Below are positions 27,670-36,620 of a stretch of 64,000 bases of DNA, one piece after another. Origin of the DNA: an uncultured Chloroflexia bacterium (GTDB taxonomy: Bacteria > Chloroflexota > Ktedonobacteria > Ktedonobacterales > Ktedonobacteraceae); assembly GCA_963731605.1 (NCBI GenBank), contig CAVSWA010000001.1, forward strand, positions 439,242 through 503,241, written 5' to 3'. Made by a program: the position numbers and the translations under genes. The notes beneath the pieces are model-generated. The model made no database searches. It worked only from the letters and a program-made list of their open reading frames with translations, and was not told the origin of the DNA. Each line of letters starts with the position of its first letter. Position 1 is the first letter of the stretch.

Positions 27670-28407
27670 TTAGAACTCCAGTTCACAGGTTTGAATTGCT
27701 TCCGCCAGGTCGATAGCGCCGGTATACAAAGCCTTGCCAACGATGGCTCCCTCAATGCCTAATTTCGCGATTGCTTGCAGGTCGTCGATGGCGCTGATGC
27801 CGCCAGATGCGATCAACGCGCCGCGGGGAGAAATGTTGGTGATGGTTGCCTGCATGGCTTGCAGAGCGGGCAGATTTGGCCCGCGCAACGCGCCATCACG
27901 CGCGATGTCGGTGTATATAAAGCGCTGCACGCCGCTGGCACACAGTTCGCTTGCCAGCGTGGTCGCTTGCGCCTGTGAGGTTTCGCGCCATCCCGCGATG
28001 GCGACGCGACCATCTCGCGCATCCAGGCCAACGACGATGCGCTCAGGCCAGCGTTGTAACGCCTCTAGCAAAAGGTCGCGGTCGGTGATGGCGATGGTAC
28101 CGAGTACGATGCGATCGATGCCCATATCGAGCATACGTTGCATAGAAGCCAGCGTTCGCATACCGCCGCCGCACTCGATGTGGAGCGACACTGCCCTGCG
28201 TATACGGTGGATAACCTCGAAATTCGCGGGGTGGCCGTTGAGCGCGCCGTCCAGGTCAACCACGTGCAGCCAGCTCGCGCCTGCATCTTGCCAGCGCCGT
28301 GCGACCTGCGCGGGGTCGGCGTCATAGGTGGTGAGCCTGTCAAAATCGCCCTGGTAGAGACGCACGCATTTACCATCTTTGATATCGATGGCCGGGAGTA
28401 TTTTCAT
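27670..28407 (-). CDS. hisA: ProFAR isomerase HisA
   Basis: MKILPAIDIKDGKCVRL, VVDLDGA, GGGMRT, VGLDARDG and IYTDIARDG. The ATG at 28407 overlaps the hisH TGA, so the ORF-track start at 28431 is probably too long. Confidence 0.9.
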   Translation of the reverse strand: MKILPAIDIKDGKCVRLYQGDFDRLTTYDADPAQVARRWQDAGASWLHVVDLDGALNGHPANFEVIHRIRRAVSLHIECGGGMRTLASMQRMLDMGIDRIVLGTIAITDRDLLLEALQRWPERIVVGLDARDGRVAIAGWRETSQAQATTLASELCASGVQRFIYTDIARDGALRGPNLPALQAMQATITNISPRGALIASGGISAIDDLQAIAKLGIEGAIVGKALYTGAIDLAEAIQTCELEF

Positions 28408-29024
28408 CCTTTTTTCCCTTCCTGCGTCCACTTCACAAAATTATCGAGCAGGCGCAGGCCTGCCGCGCCGCTTTTCTCCGGGTGAAACTGCGTTCCCCAG
28501 ACGCGCTCGGTGACGATGACACTACAAAAGGGCGAGCCATACTCGGTGACGGCGGCTACTCCTCTGGTGTCCTGTGGCTCGACATAGTAAGAGTGCGCGA
28601 AATAGAAATACTCCTGCGGCGAGATACCAGCGAAGATGGGTAGATTGTCGCGCAGTGGCGCTACCGAATTCCATCCCATATGCGGTATTTTGGGGCCATG
28701 GGGGATGCGCCGCACCTCGCCGCGAAACAGGCCCAATCCAGCAACTTCGCCCTCGGAGTGGTGATCTGCCAGCAGTTGCATTCCCAGGCAGATGCCCAGA
28801 AAGGGCTTGCCCTGCTGCGTGGCCAGGCGTATGGCGTCGTCTAATCCGCGCTCGATCATACGCGCCATAGCAGCGCCGCCCGAACCGACGCCCGGTAAGA
28901 CAATGGCACGCGCCTCTGCCACGACCTGTGGGTCGTCGGTGACTTGCGCGCGCGCGCCGAGGTAGGCTAAGGCTTTGGCGATGCTGCGTATATTGCCCGC
29001 ACCGTAGTCAATGATGGCAATCAT
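28404..29024 (-). CDS. hisH: Imidazole glycerol phosphate synthase glutamine amidotransferase subunit HisH
   Basis: IAIIDYGAGNIRS, LPGVGS, GICLGMQLL (catalytic Cys) and QFHPEKS. The ATG at 29024 overlaps the TGA of the upstream gene. Confidence 0.9.
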   Translation of the reverse strand: MIAIIDYGAGNIRSIAKALAYLGARAQVTDDPQVVAEARAIVLPGVGSGGAAMARMIERGLDDAIRLATQQGKPFLGICLGMQLLADHHSEGEVAGLGLFRGEVRRIPHGPKIPHMGWNSVAPLRDNLPIFAGISPQEYFYFAHSYYVEPQDTRGVAAVTEYGSPFCSVIVTERVWGTQFHPEKSGAAGLRLLDNFVKWTQEGKKG

Positions 29025-31381
29025 GAGATAGCCCCCCATATACCTGGTCCGCTATTGCCCATTTGTAGCGCGTGCGCCAGGCCCAGCCAGGTTATGGCGG
29101 GTGAATAGCGCGTCTCGTCTAGCAAATTGATGGTGAGTAACGGACAACACATCAATGCCAGTTGCATAATTTCCTGCCAGTTTCCGGGTAACGCATGTTG
29201 TTTGCGCAGTTCAGCTAGCAAGGGTTGTAGTAAGTGTTCCAGCTTGGTGGCTACAATTGCCTGACGCACAGGCGCGAGCGTGTAGTCATGTTCAATGATG
29301 ATGGTCGCGTCGCGTACTGTCACTGTGAGATGCAGGTCGCGCGCGATTTCATGCGGAAAGTACATCCAGGTCGCGTATACATTGTGATACAGGGGCTTCA
29401 CTACGTCAAGTAGTGGAGAGTGCTTACCGGCGAAGGCCGGGTCAAAGTAGAGGTAATCGCGCTGGTTCTCGAGGAAGATATTGCCGAAATGGGCGTCGCC
29501 ATGTCCGATTACCGTCATGGTCGCTTGAGCGGGATGAAGTGCTGTCTTACCGCGCTCGATCAGTTCGCCCAGCGTATGTGGTTGTTGCTTCCCCTGGATG
29601 ATCCAGCGATAGCGCAACAGGTCATCGAATGCGATGGTTTGCTGCTCGCCTGTGTTGATAGCGTTACCCGGCAAAGGAACCGGTTTGCCAGCATAGAAGC
29701 TGTTGAGGCGGCTTCCGGCCAGGCGGTGCCAGAATAGCTGGTGAATGGGCGCCTGGGCGTGCTCTTCTGCTGTCGCTGGCGCGAGGGTTGCGCGATAGAT
29801 GGCGAGCAAACGCTCGCATTCTCTGCGCTCGGCAGAAACGAGCATATCGATGGTAGCGTTGCTGGTCTGACCTGTCTCAAGCTCGCGCATCAGGTCAAAC
29901 ATGACAGGCCATTTTACGACGGGGTAAATAACCATCTGCTGCTCTTTTTTCTGCACGAGACGCAGCGGATTGACGATAGTATACCCGGCCTGTTGCAGTA
30001 AAGCGGCATGGTAGTATTCTTCCAGGATGCCCTTGTCTTCAACGTGCGTTTTGAAGAAGTAATCCTGCCCGTCGCTGCGGTAGATGCCGTTGAAGGAATT
30101 GAGCGAGACGGCTTTGGGCGTCAGGCTTACCTGTTGCGTTGACAGGCTCATGTGACGCGCAAACCAGAGGCGTAGGAGGCGTTCGGCCTTTTCGCGATCT
30201 TGAAATTGCAGATGCTGGATGGTCAAAAGACTATCCATGTGTGAAAGAAGCTCTGGAAGATGTGTTATGTCATCGATGGTGAAATCGGGCTGGCTGCGGG
30301 CGAGTAACTGACGCGCTTCATCTGTGCGCGTTCCGGTCAGCACGGCAACGGTTAAAGCCCCGGCTGCGCGTCCTCCCAGCATATCACTGGTGGAATCGCC
30401 GATCACAATACAGGGTGCGGCCGGTTGAGGGGTGTTGCCCTGTACGATGGCCTCTTCGTAGCTATGATCTAGCGCGTAGAGAAATGGGAAGGCATGGGGT
30501 TTGCTCAGTAATGTCTGGTCGCCGCGCGCGCGTAGCTGTGCCTCGGCGCGTTCGACCGCGTCGTAGGTGGAGATATGGCGCTCGTCGAAGTAAGCCAGCA
30601 GGCCGCACACGCGCAACGGGTAGGCCGCTTCCAGGAAGTCGCGGCCTGTGGCAATACCCAGGGTGTACTGTTGTTGATTCAATGTCTCAAGGATCGCGCT
30701 TATCTGTGCGATGGGTAGCAGAGGCTGTTCAAAGTGGATGCAACCGGGCTTGCCAGGTTGCGCCGGGGCGCGTCGATAGCTTTGTTCATAGAGTTCGTCA
30801 CCCAGGAACCATTCCTGGAATATGGAGCGACAAAATTCCCAGAAGGGGCTGTAGCGCGTGAATACATCTTCGATGGGGTAGCCTAATTGGTCGCTGGCAT
30901 AAGCATCGAGGCGGTTAATCAATTGCAATCCGACGGCATCGCGAAAAACGGGCTGCGCGAAAATCCGCGCCATGTCCAATTGCTCCGCGCGTCCCGTCAC
31001 ATGCTGCCGGAAGTTCGCCAGCCAACCAGCATCCCAGGGCAACAGAGGAAAGATGTTGGTATCTGCTCGCTCAAGTTGTGTTTTGTCGCTTTGCCACGCG
31101 CTCAAAATCGAGATCAAGTGCAGGCATACCGCAGCGTAGCAGGTGTCCCAGTTTGAGTTGATGGCGCGGCCCTTGAGCGCCAGGATTTGCGCCTCTGGCA
31201 TGGTGGCGCGGCTGATATGGCGGCTCTCTGCTGCGGTTTGGGCGGGATGATAATGAATCTCATGTAACCCCCAATAGCGAAAACTATACAACATCTCGTG
31301 CAGGGTGAGACCGGCGGCGTCCCAGTAGGCTTCTTCGCTGGTAATTACGCCATCGAGGTCAAAGATAATCAGGTTGTTCAA
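29021..31381 (-). CDS. Fusion protein: N-terminal HAD-superfamily phosphatase with a very large cap, plus a C-terminal APH/choline-kinase-fold phosphotransferase-like domain
   Basis: 786 aa. HAD motifs are: I, IIFDLDGV (aa 5-12); II, LGIATGR (about aa 245); III, LLSKP (about aa 294); IV, VIGDSTSD (about aa 328). The kinase-like catalytic loop is VIGHGDAHFGNIFL, followed by LYFDPAFAG. The TTG start overlaps the hisG stop (TTGA) and the stop overlaps the hisH start (ATGA). Confidence 0.7.
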   Translation of the reverse strand: MNNLIIFDLDGVITSEEAYWDAAGLTLHEMLYSFRYWGLHEIHYHPAQTAAESRHISRATMPEAQILALKGRAINSNWDTCYAAVCLHLISILSAWQSDKTQLERADTNIFPLLPWDAGWLANFRQHVTGRAEQLDMARIFAQPVFRDAVGLQLINRLDAYASDQLGYPIEDVFTRYSPFWEFCRSIFQEWFLGDELYEQSYRRAPAQPGKPGCIHFEQPLLPIAQISAILETLNQQQYTLGIATGRDFLEAAYPLRVCGLLAYFDERHISTYDAVERAEAQLRARGDQTLLSKPHAFPFLYALDHSYEEAIVQGNTPQPAAPCIVIGDSTSDMLGGRAAGALTVAVLTGTRTDEARQLLARSQPDFTIDDITHLPELLSHMDSLLTIQHLQFQDREKAERLLRLWFARHMSLSTQQVSLTPKAVSLNSFNGIYRSDGQDYFFKTHVEDKGILEEYYHAALLQQAGYTIVNPLRLVQKKEQQMVIYPVVKWPVMFDLMRELETGQTSNATIDMLVSAERRECERLLAIYRATLAPATAEEHAQAPIHQLFWHRLAGSRLNSFYAGKPVPLPGNAINTGEQQTIAFDDLLRYRWIIQGKQQPHTLGELIERGKTALHPAQATMTVIGHGDAHFGNIFLENQRDYLYFDPAFAGKHSPLLDVVKPLYHNVYATWMYFPHEIARDLHLTVTVRDATIIIEHDYTLAPVRQAIVATKLEHLLQPLLAELRKQHALPGNWQEIMQLALMCCPLLTINLLDETRYSPAITWLGLAHALQMGNSGPGIWGAIS

Positions 31382-32466
31382 TGGGACCTCTTTAATCGTT
31401 CGCGCAGGGCACGGACACTGGAGGACTCTTCCGCGAAGCGGTAGGTCAGCGGCGTGACGTGGATGTGTGTCGCTCCGGCGGCGCGTAAGAGGGCGATGAT
31501 GGCGAGCAAGTCCGAGGCCGAATCCCTGGCGTTGATCACGCCCGATATGGTGTGTGTGGATGCGGATACGGATGCCGGATGTTCCCCGGTTATACTGCTG
31601 CTGACCAGGCGGAACTCAGCGCCGGGCTGAAGCTCCTGGATGTGCTGGTTGAGGTGGGAACAGGCAAGCTGGATGGTGGATTGTTCGCCCTGCAACTGGG
31701 CTGTGAGCAGCGAGCAGTTACGCGCCTGCATGCGCGCTTCGATCAGTTCAAGCATGGTCGATACCATACTCAAGGCTGCTTCGCTCTCGCGTACCAAACG
31801 AGCGTTGGCTATCAAGCAGGCTTGCGAGCGCAAAACCACGCCATCGTCCAGCAGTTTGAGGTGGTTTTCGCGCAGGGTGGTGCCTGTCTCGGTGAGGTCA
31901 ACGATCAAATCGGCGGTATCGGTCAGAGGAGCGGCTTCCAACGCGCCGTGCGGCGAGACGAGTTTGTAGTGCGTGATGCCGCGCTGCCGCAGGAAGTGCG
32001 TGGTCAGGCGCGGGTATTTGGTGGCGATGCGCAGGTTTTGTCCCTTGCGCGAGCGATAGTAACCGGCCAGGTGCCAGAGGTCGGCGGGCGTGCTGATATC
32101 GACCCATGTTTCGGGCACGGCAACCACCAGGCGACATTGACCATAGCCCAGATTGCGTTCCAGCATCAGCAGTTCGTCGCTGCTGTCTTCTTCGCCCTGG
32201 TCGTCGTCGCCGTAGCCCCGGTGTTCGGCCAGGATGTCGTAGCCGGTGATGCCAAGCGTGGCGTCGCCATCCTGCACCAGCGTGGGAATATCGGCGGCGC
32301 GTTGAAATACGACTTCTATGCCGGGCATACTGTGCATATGCGCCAGGTACTGACGTGGATTGCTGCGATTGACTTTCAATCCGCATTCGGCCAGAAAGGC
32401 CAGGGTGGCGGATTCTAATGCGCCCTTGCCGGGCAGAGCCAGGCGAATTTCGCGGGTGGGGTTCAT
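31378..32466 (-). CDS. hisG: ATP phosphoribosyltransferase HisG, long form with C-terminal regulatory domain and an acidic insertion
   Basis: IRLALPGKGAL, LGITGYDIL, CRLVVAVPE and IVDLTETGTTLREN form the catalytic core. The C-terminal ISGVINARDSASDLLAIIALLRAAGATHIHVTPL resembles the HisG_C domain. There is a GDDDQGEEDSSDE insert. The ATG overlaps the upstream stop (ATGA). Confidence 0.85.
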   Translation of the reverse strand: MNPTREIRLALPGKGALESATLAFLAECGLKVNRSNPRQYLAHMHSMPGIEVVFQRAADIPTLVQDGDATLGITGYDILAEHRGYGDDDQGEEDSSDELLMLERNLGYGQCRLVVAVPETWVDISTPADLWHLAGYYRSRKGQNLRIATKYPRLTTHFLRQRGITHYKLVSPHGALEAAPLTDTADLIVDLTETGTTLRENHLKLLDDGVVLRSQACLIANARLVRESEAALSMVSTMLELIEARMQARNCSLLTAQLQGEQSTIQLACSHLNQHIQELQPGAEFRLVSSSITGEHPASVSASTHTISGVINARDSASDLLAIIALLRAAGATHIHVTPLTYRFAEESSSVRALRERLKRSH

Positions 32467-33998
32467 CGGTTGGTCTCCTGTGCGAGTAGATAGCGGATGG
32501 CTGTGTCTTGAGCGAGATGCTGCTCTTCACCGCTGTCCAGGTTGCGCAGGGTGACACGCTGTTCGCGCGTTTCATTCTCGCCGACGATCAAGGCGCGAGA
32601 GATGCGCTTTTTCCCTGCCAGTTTCAGGCCCGCGCTCAATCCGTGCCCACTTATATCGACTTCGCTGCGGATGCCCTGCGAACGGGCGGCGCGGGCGACT
32701 TGCAGGGCGTATGGCATATCCTGCGAGCTGATGGGGATGATGATGACCGAAGTCGTGCCAGCAGTAGCTTCCTCTTTTCCCGGCATAAGAGCGAGCAGGC
32801 GTTCGACGCCAAAGGCGAAGCCACAGGCTTTGACGGCGCGCGTTCCACCGATGACCTGCACCAGGGAGTCGTAACGGCCACCGCCGCAGATCTGCGTTTG
32901 GTTTCCATCAACATCTTGCGCGTGGATTTCAAAGACCAGGCCGGTATAGTAGCTAACGCCGCGCCCCAGCGCAAGGTTCAAGCTGATGCATTCGCGTGGA
33001 ACGCCGCTTTGCTCAACCACTGCGACCAGTTGTTCCAGTTCGGCGAGAGGCGCGGCGTCGATCTGGTAGCGGGCCAGGATGTCGCGTAGGGCTTCAAACG
33101 CTTGAGGAGGCGAACCGGCGGCGCTATGCAGTTCGCGCAGCAGGTCGAGGGCGCGCAAAATCTGGCGACGTTGCTCGCCGCGTCCCATTTTCCACAGGAA
33201 ACGAGCGATGATTTCCTGGCGGCTTTCATCGTTGCTGTTCAGGGCGGTCATGCCGTTTAACAGCGATGTGAGGAAGCGTTCGTCGGTTTTTTGCGCTGAA
33301 GAAGAGCTACTTTGCGCTTCGGCTATTTCAGCAGGGTAGAGCATCTCCAGCCGGGAATGGGCCGCCTGTTCGCCTTCCGGCGAGCGGCTGATTTGTTCCA
33401 TGAGGCTGAGCAAGAGGTGAGCAGCCTGTTCGTCCAGGCGCAGGCGCTGGATAAAGCCACTGGCAACTCCTACATGGCCCAGTTCTAATCGATAGGAGGG
33501 GATGTTTAGATCGTTGAGCGCGTCACAGGCCAGTTGCAATATTTCGCAATCGGCGCTGACGGCGTGGCCTCCCAGGAGCTCGATGCCAAGCTGGGTATGC
33601 TGGCGGTAGCGTCCGCGTCCGGGCGTTTCGTAGCGAAAGACCGGTCCGGCGTACTGAAAGCGCAGCGGCAAGGGGTTATGCTGGTAATGGTCAAGATAGA
33701 GGCGGCAGATAGAAGCGGTATATTCGGGTCGCAAGCACAAATCCCGATTATGCAGGCGAAAGGTATAGAGGTTTTGCCAGAGTTCCTGCCCGAAGCTGGC
33801 TAAAAAGAGGTCGCTGTTTTCCAGCAATGGCGCGTCTACCCGGTCATATCCAGCCCGCGCTAAAAATGCGCCCAGGCGTTCTATTATATGTTGCTGGTTC
33901 AGGTAGGCATCTGGTAAGAGGTCGTGCATCCCACGCAACCGCTCAACACGTTTCTTCATAAGTAAGTGCTCCCGTGGTGTTTTTCCGATTTTCTGCAA
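32463..33998 (-). CDS. hisZ: Histidyl-tRNA-synthetase-like protein (HisZ-type regulatory subunit or HisS paralogue) that retains an anticodon-binding-like C-terminal domain
   Basis: RGMHDLLP, LRPEYTASICR, FRYETPGRGRYRQHTQLGIELLG (motif-2-like) and GGGRYDSLV...GFAFGVERL (motif-3-like). A C-terminal alpha/beta domain follows (SVIIIPIS...ALIVGENE...VTLRNL). It is translationally coupled to hisG. The probable true start is the ATG at 33959, since 33998 is a TTG. Confidence 0.65.
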   Translation of the reverse strand: MQKIGKTPREHLLMKKRVERLRGMHDLLPDAYLNQQHIIERLGAFLARAGYDRVDAPLLENSDLFLASFGQELWQNLYTFRLHNRDLCLRPEYTASICRLYLDHYQHNPLPLRFQYAGPVFRYETPGRGRYRQHTQLGIELLGGHAVSADCEILQLACDALNDLNIPSYRLELGHVGVASGFIQRLRLDEQAAHLLLSLMEQISRSPEGEQAAHSRLEMLYPAEIAEAQSSSSSAQKTDERFLTSLLNGMTALNSNDESRQEIIARFLWKMGRGEQRRQILRALDLLRELHSAAGSPPQAFEALRDILARYQIDAAPLAELEQLVAVVEQSGVPRECISLNLALGRGVSYYTGLVFEIHAQDVDGNQTQICGGGRYDSLVQVIGGTRAVKACGFAFGVERLLALMPGKEEATAGTTSVIIIPISSQDMPYALQVARAARSQGIRSEVDISGHGLSAGLKLAGKKRISRALIVGENETREQRVTLRNLDSGEEQHLAQDTAIRYLLAQETNR

Positions 33999-34144
33999 CG
34001 ATACAAGGGCGGGGCAAGCCCGGCCCGTACCCTGTACGATTTGACACGGCTACTAGTGTGCCACATGGGAACTACCACGGTGTAGTAATGTGATAACCAG
34101 GGCAGGGGCCAGCCCTGGTCGTGTAGCTGTCATTCTTAATATTT

Positions 34145-34173
34145 AGGATATCAGTGTGGGTTTGAAAAGTCAA
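34145..34173 (-). promoter_or_regulatory. Candidate sigma-70-type promoter of the his operon
   Basis: On the minus strand: TTGACT (34173-34168), a 17-nt spacer, then TATCCT (34150-34145). This would give a 5' UTR of about 180 nt containing two GC-rich hairpins (34096-34119 and 33999-34040). Confidence 0.3.
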
Positions 34174-34309
34174 TCTTAATTTGTGAAGCAGTTCACAGAA
34201 AAACATCTTCGTATCTGCTAAAGTGCCTGTGGAAAGCCTTCTCTTATCTCGATTTCTTCGATTCTGCGAAAAACCACTAATTGCTCCGAGTAGCCATAAG
34301 GGAGTGACT

Positions 34310-35719
34310 ATGCAGCACAATTCGCGGCGCGTACATTGCTTTTGCGTTCTTTTCTGCTTTCTCATCATGCTCAGTGCCTGTAGTTCATCACCGGGAAATG
34401 ATACAGCAGCTACGCCTTCTCCTGCTAAAACGTCCGCGCTAATTTCTGCGACTCCTACTGCCACGATTGGACAAATTGTGGCCGCACAGACCTGTCCGGC
34501 TGCGGGAAGCGCGCGGGCCGCCATCATGCCGCCTATGACAGTAGAGAATCATGCAAATGTGGTGTTTCTTGCTCAGCAAGGCGAGAACACCCTGTTGCAA
34601 CGCTATGATGTTACTACCGGCGCGATACATACTATTCTTCAGTTACAGGCTGGACCGGATCTAGGGACGAATGTTTCGCCAGATGGTCAATGGGTGCTTT
34701 TTGAAGCATCGATCCAGAGCCAATCGGCCATCCAGCTTGTGCGGATGGATGGCCTGCAGTTGCAGACGCTTTACTGCGCCCCTCCACAGACTGGTGCTAG
34801 CAACCTGGTGCTATCGCCCGATCAGCATTACCTCGTGTTTAGCCAGGGGAATACCGATGAGACCGAGAGCAGCGTGTACCTGCTTAATATGAGGACTGGC
34901 AAGCTGCAAACCGAGATGTCGTCGCTACAGCCAGGCTATCCAGTGTTCGGGCAATATGCCGCGCAAAGCTCGTCCCTGTCGTTACTTTCGTCTCCTTTTT
35001 CTCATAGGAATGAGGCAAGCGACGGTTTACCGGCGCAGCCCTCGTCTCCTTTGGGATCGAAGCACTATCCAATCTATGTTCCCATGAAATGGGCGACGAA
35101 CAGCAGCGTGTATCTACTTGGGGGGGTAATTGCTACTCCCTCTCCGCCGCCTCAGCTCGTTCTTTTGCGCGACATTGCTAAGGATGTGACGCAGCAGGGA
35201 AGCAATGTGCAGCCCATGGTTGTTACGCCTGAGACGAACAATTGCCAGGACGTTGACGTGACGCCTGATAACAGGCAGGTGGTGTGCAGTTCTTATGCAC
35301 AATTCGGACCGGGCAACCCCAGTTCGATTTTGCTGCAATCCACTACTGGCGGCGCGTTTCACTCGATATACCGCGACGAGGCGAGGGGATCGCTTACGGC
35401 TCGCGCGTTCTCCAACTCGGCCATCATCTTTATCCGGTACGGGCCCAACGCGCCACCCGCGCTATTCAAGGTCAATACCGATGGCAGTGGGTTGAGCCAA
35501 CTGATGGTTGTTGCGACGACAGAAATATTGCTTAACCCTGCTGCCAGCTATCTCCCCTGGTCAAGCGCTTCGCGAGATGGTTCGCTCTATGCTTTTCAGC
35601 TTTACAACCTGACGACGAATAAGCAAACGCTCGTTTTCGGTCATATGATCGGTGGTATGCCCGTGACCTTTGCTTCAAGCTCCGACGCATTAGAGGTCGT
35701 GGGTTGGACGGAGCTTTGA
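34310..35719 (+). CDS. Lipoprotein with TolB-like beta-propeller repeats
   Basis: The ATG at 34310 is preceded by AAGGGAG. The signal peptide has a lipobox (FLIMLSAC-SSS). Repeated VSPDGQWVLFEA / LSPDQHYLVFSQ motifs are present. Confidence 0.7.
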   Translation: MQHNSRRVHCFCVLFCFLIMLSACSSSPGNDTAATPSPAKTSALISATPTATIGQIVAAQTCPAAGSARAAIMPPMTVENHANVVFLAQQGENTLLQRYDVTTGAIHTILQLQAGPDLGTNVSPDGQWVLFEASIQSQSAIQLVRMDGLQLQTLYCAPPQTGASNLVLSPDQHYLVFSQGNTDETESSVYLLNMRTGKLQTEMSSLQPGYPVFGQYAAQSSSLSLLSSPFSHRNEASDGLPAQPSSPLGSKHYPIYVPMKWATNSSVYLLGGVIATPSPPPQLVLLRDIAKDVTQQGSNVQPMVVTPETNNCQDVDVTPDNRQVVCSSYAQFGPGNPSSILLQSTTGGAFHSIYRDEARGSLTARAFSNSAIIFIRYGPNAPPALFKVNTDGSGLSQLMVVATTEILLNPAASYLPWSSASRDGSLYAFQLYNLTTNKQTLVFGHMIGGMPVTFASSSDALEVVGWTEL

Positions 35720-35732
35720 GTCTATTGTGTCG

Positions 35733-35810
35733 GATGTTGCTGATGTTGCTGATGTTGCAATGTAGTTTTGTTCAGAAGTTGCAGAAGTTGCAGAAGTTGC
35801 AGATGTTTCA
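35733..35810. repeat. Seven copies of a 9-nt motif (GAwGTTGCw) in two tandem blocks
   Basis: GATGTTGCT twice plus GATGTTGCA (35733-35759). After a 15-nt gap, GAAGTTGCA three times plus GATGTTTCA (35775-35810). Intergenic, between the lipoprotein gene and a membrane-protein gene. Confidence 0.85.
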
Positions 35811-36011
35811 TGCGTTATACTGGTTGTATTGTATACTAAGGGGTGAGCCGTGATAGATGTAGCAAGCAAGCAGACTATGTAGATAGTATAGCTTCTTGCG
35901 GATGAAAATGCAATGGTTAGAAAGAATGGTTTTTTGTGGAGCTCAAAAGAGAGCAATGGAGCGGAAGAGTAACATTGAGCTCATCAAAGCTAAATGCAGA
36001 AGGAGGAGAAC

Positions 36012-36533
36012 ATGTCACGCTTGTTTTCACATGTCACAGATACCTGGTTTAAGCTTTGCGCGATTGGCATAGGTGCAGCACTTGCAGGGATCTTGACGGC
36101 GTTGATAGCCCTCAACGCTCCCTTTGGCTACACTTTGCTTCGTGATAAGCCGTTATTCTATTTTGGTGCCACGCTTGCCTCTCTGCTAATCGGTCCTCTC
36201 TTCTGGTGGTTTTTCATTCTCAAGCCAGATCGCACTACTTTGCGCCGTGGGATTGTCATAGGAATGCTTGGCAGTTTCGCGGCGCATCCCTTCGCCTGGT
36301 TTATAGCTGATCTAACGGCTTACCTGATGGGAAGACAACTGTGGATGGGATCTACTTTTGTGGATAGTCCTCTTGTGGCCATTCTGGGAAGCCCGATCTA
36401 TGCTGTATTCAGCCTGATTTATGTAGGCTGGATTACAACGCTTGCCGGCGGTGTAGTCGGAGGGACGTTCATCTATGCCCAACGCTTCTGTCTGCGCTGT
36501 CAAAGGGTTTCTCTCTCAATTCCAGAACACTAA
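36012..36533 (+). CDS. Hypothetical integral membrane protein (about 4-5 TM segments)
   Basis: Hydrophobic segments throughout. GGAGGAG at 36001-36007 favours the ATG at 36012 over 35994. Confidence 0.6.
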   Translation: MSRLFSHVTDTWFKLCAIGIGAALAGILTALIALNAPFGYTLLRDKPLFYFGATLASLLIGPLFWWFFILKPDRTTLRRGIVIGMLGSFAAHPFAWFIADLTAYLMGRQLWMGSTFVDSPLVAILGSPIYAVFSLIYVGWITTLAGGVVGGTFIYAQRFCLRCQRVSLSIPEH

Positions 36534-36540
36534 CTAAAGG

Positions 36541-36620
36541 TGTAGAGGAGCGTGACCCCACCCTGCCCCGGTCGCCCACAAGGGGCCACCCGCCCGCTCC
36601 TCACCACCCGCGTCCCTACC
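36541..36620. repeat. G-rich REP-like element (family 2) filling the gap between two convergent genes
   Basis: The minus-strand reading GTAGGGACGCGGGTGGTGAGGAGCGGGCGGGTGGCCCCTTGTGGGCGACCGGGG aligns with GTAGGGACAAGGGGTAGATGCGGGGACGGGTGGGGGCCTTGTGCTTGTCCTCG at 5526-5578. It has an internal inverted repeat, GAGGAGCG/CGCTCCTC. Confidence 0.7.

Noticed and set aside
33999-34222. A T-box riboswitch or a His-codon leader-peptide attenuator upstream of the his operon
   Set aside because: I found no run of His codons in a short leader ORF and no T-box consensus (AGGGUGGNACCGCG-like). The hairpins present look like members of the GC-rich REP families.
35690-35956. An 88-aa minus-strand ORF (..ATSATSATS..) as a real low-complexity protein gene
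   Set aside because: It is kept open only by the 9-nt tandem repeats. It overlaps the 3' end of the lipoprotein gene, has no RBS and shows no recognisable protein features.
5520-36620. REP-like hairpins and 9-mer tandem repeats as CRISPR arrays
   Set aside because: There is no regular repeat-spacer periodicity of 25-40 nt repeats with unique spacers. The copies are isolated or inverted, and no cas genes are present.
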